The position numbers and the translations under genes are program-made. Shown piece by piece: positions 53,279 through 64,000 of a stretch of DNA of 64,000 bases; the first letter of the stretch is position 1; each line of letters begins with the position of its first letter. The notes under the pieces are model-generated. The model was given only the letters and a program-made list of their open reading frames with translations. It searched no databases and had not been told where the DNA came from. Origin of the DNA: Cycas panzhihuaensis (lineage: Eukaryota; Plantae; Cycadophyta); contig CM041465.1 in NCBI GenBank assembly GCA_023213395.1, positions 141,181,741 through 141,245,740 on the forward strand, in the 5' to 3' direction.

Positions 53279-56200
53279 TCAATCTTCAGTCCTGATTACC
53301 TCTCCCATATGTACATCTGCCCTAACCAATCTCAATAACTCCATCGGGAAGTCCTCTTTCCAAACTTTTGATCTTTTGTTTATCACGGCCCAATTTTCCA
53401 ACCAATCCGCCGCCGCATTGCCCTCCCTATAGGTGTGATGGATCTGAACCTCCGCTCTGTCTCTCAAAACATCCTTGGCATCCTCGAAGATATCTGAGTT
53501 CTCCCAACCCGAGTCCATTTCTCCTTTCAAGCATTTGATTACGTACATAGAGTCACCCTCTATTGTCACCTTTTGAACATTATCCTCTTCCAAAATAGAG
53601 GTGGCCCTCAGCATAGCCCGGACCTCGACTTTACGGTTCGATTGAATCCCCAAGTATTCCGCAAAGGCCCATCTCACGTTTCCTTCATGATCCCTGCATA
53701 GGCCCCCTCCTCCCGCCTCCCCGGGGTTGCCTTTCATTGCTTGTCAAAATTGACTTTTACCCAAGATCCATCCAGGAGGATGCCACTTGACTTCTCTTCT
53801 TACATTTTGGCTCCCTCCACGGGCACTATACCCCAATCTCTAATGATATCCTCTTCCCCTAGGTATCCTATCCTCCTTTGGTCTTTCCATCATTTACGAG
53901 ATCGCCTTCCGATTTCAACCACCACCATCGACTATCTTTTCTTTTCCTTCAAATATCCTACATTTCTTTCTTTCCGGATAAGCCAAGAGCCTACAGGCGG
54001 GATCATCTTCAAAGCACGGAAAGGATTTGCTCTTGAAAGGCGATGTCCATGCGACCTTTGCTCACCTAAGGAATATGAAGAGACCTGTGCTATCCCCATC
54101 CCACCGGATGACATTCCAAATCCCTACGAATAAGGACGGTGGATGCACAAGTGGTCCAAGGTTTCCACTTCCATCTTGCACATCACACATCTACTGCCAA
54201 CCGGGCGCCCCTCTTGAGAGGTTGTCCGGTGTAAGTAGTTTGTTTGAAGACATATCCACCGAAAAGCCGCAATTTTTGGGAGGATCCTAACTTCCGACCT
54301 CGGCCAACCTATCATTCCTATCCCACCCCTCACCGCTCATCCTTATGTCATAGCCTGCTTTGACCTGTAAGAACCCTCTGCAGAGGAAGGCCACACCATG
54401 GTATCTGGGCCCATCCTCCTCGGAATATACTGCTTATCTAGAATCTCTTTCACCCTGAGGATCTCCTCCCCGAGACCAGGGACTTCCTCCAACGATCTCC
54501 ACCTCCTATCCTTACCATGGCCAATCCAGTAATTCTTGACCAAAAAGCCATAGCGATTTACACATTCTCTCCTCAGAGTTCCGATATTAGGCAAATCCTC
54601 GAGCTTGAAGGGACCGCACCACCTGTCTTCCCAAAACCTTATGCTTTCACCGTCTCCCAGCTTCCATCGCAAACCTTTGCAAAGGAGGGGCCTCGAGGAC
54701 CTGATGGCTCTCCAAACTTGGGATCCCTCCCGGCAAAGCTCCTCCTCCATCAGAAATTGCTTGTCCCCCAAATACTTCCTCATGATAAGCTTATCCTGTG
54801 TCGAGGCTTCTTTGGATAGCCTCCAACCCGTCTTAGCCAAAAGGGCTTCATTGAAGTATCCCAGTCTTCTAACATTGAGACCTCTAGCCCACTTAGGTCT
54901 GCAGACCTTTTCCCAAGACACTAAGTGGAATTTCCTTTTCTCTTGACCGCCCAAAGGAATCGTTTCATAATTCCTTCCGAAGGCTATGACCCTTTCCGGA
55001 TTTTGAACCCGACATCCGAAAACCGAATACTTTGCGGAGGCCACCAACAATTGAATTTTCCCCCCACTAAGGAGAGCCCCTTTCCAACCCGCCGACTTCT
55101 GCCGAATGCTAACTATTGCATCCCACATATCCTTCCCCATCCTCTGGGTGAAAAGAGGCATACCAAGATAAGAGCTAGGAAGGGTACCTCTAGCCATCTC
55201 CAAAAGCCTCAGATCTTACCTTGAAGTCTCTCCGAAGTGTTGATAAAAAAGGCTGAGCTTTTGTTCAGATTTATTCTTTGGTTTGTAGCCTTTTCATACG
55301 CCTGAAGACCCATTTTTAGAGCCTTGGCCTCCCTCAAGGAGGCCTTACAAAGGAAAATATTGTCATCACTCACGTCATGAAGCACTATGTTGTCAAGGTT
55401 AGAGGAGGCCTTCAATCCCATGATCCTCCCAATCCTCTGAGCCTCCATCGTCGCCCTACCTAGCATCTCTGCCATTATAATAAACAGAAAGGGGGAGAGG
55501 GGGTCACCTTGCCTCAGACCCCTCGCTCCCACAAAGAAAGGTCGATCTCCGTTAATCAATCTTGAAAGAAACTCGGAATCTGACACCTCATCCACTCCCT
55601 CCATATCAGCCCAAACCCAAAGGCCTCAAGGCACTCCAACAAGCAGTCCCAGGCCACCCGATCGTAGGCCTTAGACATATCTGTTTTGACAAGCATTCCA
55701 GCTTCCTTGCGTTGCATCGTCGAGTGCAAGGTTTCATGAACAATTATAATGCCATCCGCAATTTGTCTGCCTTTGACAAACCCATCCTGGTTTGGGGATA
55801 TGATGTCCTAAGATCGCTTCAGGCGATTCGCCAGCACTTTTGCCAATATCTTATATTTCACGTTACATAGACTGATCGGTCTGAAGTCTTCCATGCTATC
55901 CACACCCTCCTTCTTTGGAATCAATGCCAAAAATGTGGCCTGCCATTCTTTCAGAATTGTGCGCTTCTGGGAGAATTCGTTAAGCGCCTCCATCAAATCA
56001 TCTTTAATTATCTCCCAATATTCCTGGAAGAAACCTGGGGGGAAGCCGTCCGGCCCCGGAGCCTTATCTCGGCCCATCTTGAATAAGGCCTTCTCCACCT
56101 CCTCCTGGGAAAAAGGTTCTACCAATTTATTATTCTGGTTCTCATTAATCAATTTCGGAATGTGATGAAGGAGTGCCTCCCTGAGGACGGGATCTTGACA

Positions 56201-57418
56201 TCCGGCTCTCAAATAACTCCTTGAAATGTGCCATAGCAATACCCTGATCTGATCCTCCGCTTCTGTCACAACCCCATCCCTGCTCTGAATTTTAGAGATC
56301 CTGTTGTGAGCCCTATGTCTCATAGTAGACATATGGAAGAATTTCGTGTTTCATCCCCTCCCTTATCCATTGCTCTCTGGATTTTGTTTCCGTAAAATCT
56401 CCTCTCGCCAAGACCTCCTCAAATCTCTTGGAAGTCGAAAACTCCTTGTGATCCAAATCCTAGGATCTACCCTCCCTCTGAATACTCAACTCTATATCTT
56501 TTAATTCCTCCAACAGAGCACCCTTATGTTCAAAAATATTCCCAAAGACCTCTTTGTTCCAAACTTTGATTTGAGTCTTTATCCAATTCAACTTCCTCGA
56601 AAATCTAAACATGGCACATCCACATGCACTGAATACCCCACCATTCCTTGATCCTCTCTCTCAAGTCTGGATGTTTCTGCCACATGAGCTCAAAACGAAA
56701 ATGCGCCCCTTTGAAAAAAGCCGGAGCAGACCCCTCCAAAATAAGAGGAGTATGATCCGACCCAGTTCTCGGAAGGGCCTCCAGACAACACCTTGAAATG
56801 GCATGCCCATTCATAGTTTATGAGCATCCTATCCAATCGCTCAGATATGATTATGCCCTAGCCTCTGTTTGACCAGTGAACCTCACTCCCTTAAGAGGAA
56901 CATCCAAAGAGCCCCAGTTGCATGAAAACAAGAGATCACCATACTCTGGACCATCCCCTTGTCCACCCTTCTTCTCTTAGGACACGGAGGGAGTTAAAAT
57001 CCCCCGCTACCAGCCAAGGCCCAACCCAATCTTTATGGGCCTCCAACACACCTTCCCATAATCTCTTCCTACCCTCAGCCGAATTAGGGGCATAGATGTT
57101 GGTGATCCTATACTCCTTGTTAGTAGATGTACTAACCAGCCCCACAGTGAGGAAGTGTTCGCTCTTACACACCTCCCAACCTTTCCATCTTTTAGGATTC
57201 CACAATGAGGCCAGCCCTCTGGAACCGGTTAAGCCTACACTCGTCTTCCCCTTTCCACTCCTCCAAATCTTATTCAGTACCTCTGCTTCCTTGATCAGCT
57301 CCACTTTGGTCTCCTGCAGGAGTACAATATCGACCTCGCACCTAATCCTAATCTCTTTAACCAATCTTTGCTTGGATGGGGCATTTAGCCCCCTAATATT
57401 CCAAGAAAGGATCTTCAT
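53279..57418 (-). pseudogene. LINE ORF2 (AP endonuclease, RT, zf-RVT, RNase H), fragmented by small indels
   Basis: MKILSWNIRGLN, LQETK, GDFN, SDH, KAPGPDG, FRPISLCNV.YKI..K, GLRQGDPLSPFLF, YLGMPL, C..C....ETLDHL, GNPGEAGGGG, EGDS, REGNAAADWL. Confidence 0.93.
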
Positions 57419-57427
57419 GGAAGACTC

Positions 57428-58850
57428 TCATCCTTTTCTACTTCTGAGGTTGGGACCTTCTAAAGCCCCCCCCTCCTTCAGCGTGCTCTGGTGCCCCATG
57501 TCTATCTGGACTTGAGTTTCTTTCTCCCTTGTAGCCTTTCTTGGGGGTCTACCCACCTTCCTCTCCACCCCATAATCTGGGACCTTTCTAGTATCTGATT
57601 TGGTGCATTTAGATACCCATTTATGTATCCCTCCACCTCTGCTCAAGTCTGATCCTTTCGCCCCACCTTCTCCTCCTCCTTCACCCACCGTAGCTGCCTG
57701 CCTCTCCTCTTGGTTCTGATCTTTCGGCGTCCCCTCCTCGGGTTCAGAAAAGTAGTCCTCCAAATCCCAGTTTATGTTCTTGGCGACCAGCGGTTCCTCA
57801 TCCACTGGGGCCCTGATATCACCTTCCTCCCGAATCCGATCTGAGTCTCCTGGTCCCTCCACACTGGGGATTACAACATTCTCATCAGCTTTAGATTTTC
57901 CTTTACCAGATTCCAATTCCTTTTGGATCTCCCCTCCTCCTCCCAGAGATTCCTTGAAGACCACTGATTCGGTTTCTACTTCTGTGAGACAAATCCCAGT
58001 AGAGGTCTCTCCACCGTCCTGCACATTGCGAGGCAATTCCTCAACAATATTCCCTTTATTCTGCGGTGTCAACCTCATCTGATCTACCGGTTTCCCTCTT
58101 ATTACCTTCTGTCTCATCCTCCCTCATTGGAATACCTGGGCATTGAAAGGGGAGATGCCCCCGGATCTTACACTTTGTGCACCTGAATGTATCCACCTCA
58201 TAAAATAATCCTTGTTTAATGGACAACCCGTCCGACTCCAGCTCAATCTCATCTGGAAGCTCGTCATCAAGCTTAGCCAGCACACAAAATCTGGCATTCA
58301 TCAATCTAGATTTGTGTTTAGTGGCTGAATCCACCGCAAGAAGAGGCCCTATCATCTTGGTCATCCCTTTAACCGCCTCGGGGTTCCAAAATGTAAGGAG
58401 CCACAGGGTTGTACCCAAACCGGGGCTTGTTTAACCACAGGGGATCCTGGGTCAAAACCCGGGTGCCATTTTTCCAATGTCATGGCCTTTCTTCTGAACA
58501 TCCATGGAGATTTCAATAGAATAGGGATCATGTCTTCCTGGCTTAAAAACCTAAACAGAACACACCCCTTAGGCATTGCCATAACTTGGACAGGATTTCT
58601 AGTCTTCCATTTGTGTCTTATCCACTCCTAATAGTGTCCAAACTGGCACGGGACGAGAACCTCCCTACCAGGCTGTTCTCCCAATACTGAATAGTTCTTT
58701 CAGTTACTTCTTTAGGTATTTTTAGTTTAAATCATTTAGATTTTTATTGGTGAAATGTCTACTTCCTCATCCTATCCATTATTCAAAACTTGCGGATAGG
58801 TCCTCCCGATGGAGAGGATTGAGATTGATTCAAAGAAGACTGCATCATAA
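57428..58850 (-). pseudogene. LINE ORF1 (DUF4283-like domain plus CCHC zinc knuckle), fragmented by small indels
   Basis: PWMFRRKAMTLEKWHPGF...APVWV; IGPLLAVDSAT...ARFCV; YE....CTKCKIRGHLPFQC. Confidence 0.88.
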
Positions 58851-60945
58851 TAACAGAAAAAACCAGAACTCAGGCAAACTAAATGAAACAACACCAGCTC
58901 ACCATTGAGCACCACCAATGTCCCTTAGGGTTGAAAATCAGTCTTGGACGGCACCCAACCGGTTCGTCCTTTCTCACCTCGCCTCGCTCGTGAACACGGT
59001 GGCGGCGTGGCCACCTTCTCTCTCGATTGCCACCACCGCCTGCTCAAAATAATCACCCTTAGCCCACACCGCGGCGGCGGGGTCTACCAATCGCTGCGAA
59101 GCGCCTCTTTTTCTTTGCGTCGACCTCCCTCCGACTGCCAACTAACCCGTCTGTCCTTGCTATTGCTCTGCGTGATGGGTCACGCCATCTGAGCAACTCA
59201 TTTGGGGGGACGCCCCCCCGTCTTCGGCCCCACGCCTCCAAAACCCTAGCCGCCGGTCGTCTGCTGCTTCGTCTTACCAGTCACGCCTTCCTCCTTCCTT
59301 TACTCTTTTAATATGAATTACTTGTATCACCTACCTATGTATAAATTGAAGTATTTCACAACTTTCCTAATTTATTTTTATGTTTTTTTAGTTGCTTTTA
59401 AGTTAATTTTGTGTGTTATTAGTTAAAAATGGCTAGTGGAAGAAGAATAATGGGTTCTATTATAGAGGAACTACTTAGTTCTAAAAATTATTTTGCCTTA
59501 AAATATTATTATTATTATTATTTTTTGAATAATCTTTGGAAGTATATTAATAATTTTGTTATGGGCAAAAATGTAATAAAAACTATTACTTTCAAAAGTA
59601 AATTAAATAAATATACTGATTTTAATAAAGAATATGACGCTAAGAATTGAATACCATTTGGATTTATTAGCTTGTCAATCAATGGGAGCATCATAATAAA
59701 CATTAAAGGTTCTATTACACTAAAGAAAATGTGGGATATAGTCATCAACCTGTTTGAACATAAGGATGATATGAGTGCCTTGAACCTATGAAGTTAACTT
59801 TATAGTTTGAAGATGATATGCACCATGATGGAATATATGCGACATATGAAATCCCATCAAAATTAATTAATGATAATAAGTGAGATAATACCTGATTCAA
59901 AGATTATTACCTACATTTTAAGGATTTTACCACTTTAGTATGAAAATTTTAAAACCATATTTATACTTTTAAATAAACTATCCACATTAATAATTAATTA
60001 TTTGGAATCTCTATTTATGCCACACGAGCAAAAGTTGAAGGATATGGACAATGAACTATCTAGAGTACTGACATCCAAATGAAAAGATAGAAAGCCCTAT
60101 ATTCCAAAGAAGAATATGAATTCTAAATCTGCAATTCAAAAGGAAAAACAAAAGAAGATCAAAGGGGTAGTATAGGCCTAAGTACTATCATTGTAGAAAT
60201 TTGCCATAAATAAAGAAGGATTATTAGGAATAACAATAATAAACAATATTCACAAGCAACTCAATAGTAACCCTAATAGTAGAAATAATAGCCATAAAAA
60301 TAACATCCATTTGGACAACATGGCCACATGACAAATGCAATAAAGAATGCACCAACTAAGATAGATAAGATGTATAAGAGGTTTGGTTTATTGATTCAGA
60401 TATATCAAGATAAATAATTAGCAGACTAAAATACTTTTATCAAATATGGGAAGTGAATCAAAGGGTTACTATTGAGGACAACACCAACTTGGAGGCTGTA
60501 GGAGTTAGAAAGGTGATGCTCATTATGCCAAATTTTAAATGATAATATTTAGAGAATGTTTTGTATGTGCCTAATATGAAGGTGAATCTTATTTTTATAG
60601 GAAAAATTGAATAATAAAATATGGTTATTAGGTTTGCTCACGGTTAATGCATAATTTGTGATAAATAAAATAAGATTATAGCCAAAGGATTTAGGGATAA
60701 TAATATGTATAAATTTGAAGGACACTCTTAAGTATAAAAAGTATTCCTTGTTATAACTCCAAAGTAGAAATTATAGCATGAATAAATAGACCATTTAAAC
60801 TGCTCTAATAACTATTTGATAAATAAGTTAAAAATGGTACATGGTCTTCCTTTGATAAATGTTAAAAATTAATTTTGAAAATCTAATATATTTAGAAAAT
60901 AACACAAAGAGCTAATTATTAAAATTTATAATTGTGCCCTGATAC

Positions 60946-63900
60946 TATAAGTGAAATGTACAGTAACACTATGTAAGTATAATAGCATAATTAACTCATG
61001 AGATATATACACAAGTAAAGTACCAAATGGATAAAGTAAAGTATCAAGTATATATTAAGTATTCAAGAGCATCGATAAGTATTCAACAAGAATCACCATA
61101 AGAGAGATATCAAGATTTATACATCGAAAACTTAGTGTAGGAAAAACCATGAGAGAAGGTGGAGTTTGGACTTCTCTTATGATCATAATAATTACATCTT
61201 GAAGTCTTCAACCTTTCTCAAGTTCTGAAGTGGTGTGCATATATATATTTATAATATAATTCACTTCATGTGTAGCTTATGACATGTCTTGAGTATTTTC
61301 ATCATCTAATAAAATAATTACATGGATATGTTTTCATCTTACATATCTCAATATATACAAATAGTGGAATGTGTGTGTGTACATTATATACATTGAATAT
61401 TATATATACGATTATTCATATATTTTAACATTTCCTCTTAATATTTAATGTCTTTAAATCTTAACTTCAAGTCTTCAAGTCTTCATCCCTTGATCTTCAA
61501 CCTATATGTTAGACTCAGTACCCTATATTCTATATGTATATATTATATTACTTGTAACATGTAATCATCCATACATTTGTCTCCTACAAGCATTAACCTG
61601 TATGTAGTCATATGTATATCAGTAGTGACTATCTGTGAACAGTCAACCTATAATATAAACCATCACTAAGATCAAAGTATATGAAATATTTTCGTATACA
61701 TCCTCATATCTTCACTTGTATAGTTACTTTCAACCAACATTCTATCAACCATGTTTAACATTTTGTCAATTATTTATCAAATCAATAAATAAATAAAGTG
61801 ATTTATAAGTCCATATAAAATAATAACCATCTACAAAAATACATAGGTAATCGGCTTCTGTAATTGCTAATTCTCTTGGTAATTACTTTAGATACATGGT
61901 TCATCATTTTTTCAAATTGCTTGTACAAGAGTAACTTATTTCTTTCTTTTAGTTGGACCATTTCAATAATTAAATATTAATTGGATCTCATCTAAAGCTA
62001 ATTCGGTATACCATATGAGAATTTTCTTCGTCTCATTAATAAGTGGATCAATCAAAATAGGTACCTTATTGAATACCAAGTGGTGTTATTAATGATCAAA
62101 ATAGGTTTAATCAACTAGTTGGTTTACTCATTTGGTTACTACTTTCCATCCACTAAACCAAATGTGTTTTTCCAAGGGGGATTTTACATGTCCAACAGAT
62201 TAAGAAATTTTCATATCATAAATTCATCAAATATTTCTCACTTCAATAATTTTTCAATTGACTTTGAGTTTTTAAATATCATAAAGGATCCTTAATTCAT
62301 TCACTTTTAAACCAAAATTTATTTTTCTTTTACCATCTTTCAAAAATAATATCACCATCATGTTTGAAGCCTTTGAAAATATTAGAATATACTTAATTTT
62401 TTCTAAAAATGATTATGGAATTTATCCTTTATAAAGTTTTAAGAACTTTTATCAACTTTACCCTTTAATTTATCTATTATCTAAAATATGTTGTATGACC
62501 ACTCATTTCGACCATCTTGAAATTCTATTTTGAATGCAACTGACAACACCTAATTCTCACATATGAGGGATGAGTTATAATAAAAAATGTTTTAATGTAC
62601 CATAAAAAGCTATATGAGCCTTAAGAAACTTGAAAATAAATTTAAAAAATCATTCAAATTTTATTAATAAATTTTGTAAAAAAAAAAAAAAAAAAACTAA
62701 TTTGATTAACTCTGTTTTGGAGTCCATCCCTTTTATTACTTAGCCCTCAGTCATATGGGCTCTATATATGATCTATAACTAAATAAGAGAGGGATAAAAT
62801 CTAAATTTCATAACTTTATAAAAGATGATTAATTTTTTCAAAACATTTATAATTTTTTAATTATAAAATAAAAAATTAATCCTCCACTTTATGCAAAAAA
62901 CATATAAGATCACAAAAATAGAATTTGATCAATTAATTGATCGAATATATATGCAAATCCATTAATAAGAAATCATTGTTAGCATTCTTCATAATTGAAC
63001 ACTAGTCCTTTCATTATTGTTAATGGGATGTAGTGACCATTATTCCTCTATGGGCATGTGATTTTTCTATACTATGGGTGGATTATTTTCATGGCTTATG
63101 GTTATCTCTAAGGTTGTGTTCCTCTTCACTTCAGTTGTGAGCTAAAAAATATATCTTCATGACTGTGGTTATTTTATCTATTGTGGTACTATTTCATTCT
63201 CTTCTTTCATGGCTAGACTCCACAGGTGTACTCTCTAGATTTGGTAGTCTTTCCATGTCTGGTCAAGTGCTTCTTCCCATTACGTAGATGGATAAAATCT
63301 ATAATCTATACCATGGAAGGTGCCTCTATCTTCTATAGAGATTCCAACAAGCAAACACAAGTATCTAACATTTTTTTAGTGATATTCCTTATCTTATGCA
63401 TGGCTTCTCCCCATGTAGAGGGTCTTCTACATTCTCTACTATGGGTAGTCAACATAAGGTAGCTCATATGGGGGGGTTTCTATGATAGACATAGTTGTAT
63501 ACTTCTACACATGTTGGCAAAATTTTCCTTCATTCATAGTAGCAATTGTTTATGGCTTCTCTATATAGATTATCTCCATGATTAACTTCTATTAGGTAGG
63601 AACTCCATTAGAATGTGTTTGTTGTTTTATGCATTTGGTATCTTTATAGCGGTGTGATAAAAATCTTTCTTCCTCCATTTGTTAAGGGCATATGATATAA
63701 GTATGTGACTGGAAAATCTATGTAACGTGAGTTATAGGGCATGGTTGTATTTATGGCCCCTTTATAGGTGGCTTCTCTACGCATGGGAATTTGGCTACAT
63801 ATTTCCATGTGTAAGGATCCATAGATAAATTTAAGCTTTATCTCTATCTGGATTTGCATGACTGTGGAGTTCATTTATTTATCATGGTAATTCTATTTCT

Positions 63901-64000
63901 CAGTATTATGTTACAATAGAGAATGTAACTCTTATGTTGAATTCATCATAAATATTGTTATAATCAACCGTTGCTAAAATTATTTTTTTTATATCACCAT
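60946..64000 (-). mobile_element. Decayed LTR element end: LTR ~60946-61430, PPT rc 61431-61440, internal region continuing to the window end
   Basis: GAAAAC...GGAAAAACCA LTR motif (61126-61150); TAACA followed by TTTCCTCTTA; leader-like motifs at 62495-62765. Confidence 0.45.

Larger units (their letters stand above)
53118..59314 (-). mobile_element. Full-length young L1-type LINE with C-terminal RNase H
   Basis: Perfect 18-bp TSD GAATTACTTGTATCACCT (53100-53117, 59315-59332); poly(A) tail (T run to 53128); GC-rich 5' UTR; ORF1 and ORF2 as below. Confidence 0.97.
52490..60930 (+). mobile_element. Decayed copia element F: LTR-like 52490-~52965, leader interrupted by the full-length LINE, gag-PR-pre-integrase 59429-60930
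   Basis: TGTTGG start after the PPT; gag start MASGRRIMGSIIEELLSSKNY; protease (W)FIDSD.S ~60385; NVLYVPNMKVNLI ~60555; L*HE*IDHLN ~60770. Confidence 0.55.

Noticed and set aside
53741-58434. Many + strand ORFs over the LINE (also 5802-7092)
   Set aside because: Antisense shadows of GC-rich LINE ORF1/ORF2.
63000-63900. Possible further cargo mosaic
   Set aside because: Complex sequence, but no frame gave a recognisable protein; element context is truncated by the window end.

Overview
AT-rich plant nuclear DNA (gymnosperm-like; pervasive C>T/G>A decay of old repeats) made almost entirely of nested retrotransposons: Ty1/copia and Ty3/gypsy remnants, three L1-type LINEs (one full-length with an 18-bp TSD), microsatellites, and one disrupted class-II (COMT-like) O-methyltransferase gene at 44.7-46.2 kb. 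The stand-out is a non-autonomous LTR family present in three complete copies: A 8356-15805 (+), B 9199-12991 (-, nested in A), C 31892-35214 (-). They have ~280-310 bp LTRs, a tRNA-iMet PBS, a PPT and no gag/pol. At one fixed internal slot, between an A-tract and a telo-box palindrome, each copy carries a different ~1-1.2 kb cassette. In A and C the recognisable pieces are short, sense-oriented, uninterrupted host-gene fragments (A: RNF216-like RING, two UPF1 pieces, GT29/GALT29A-like; C: RidA, two DPB2/POLE2 pieces). B's cargo is unidentified. In both two-piece cases the pieces are in scrambled order. The family also has tandem pseudoknot-like modules before the PPT. All protein identifications are from manual translation and recall of motifs, not database searches.
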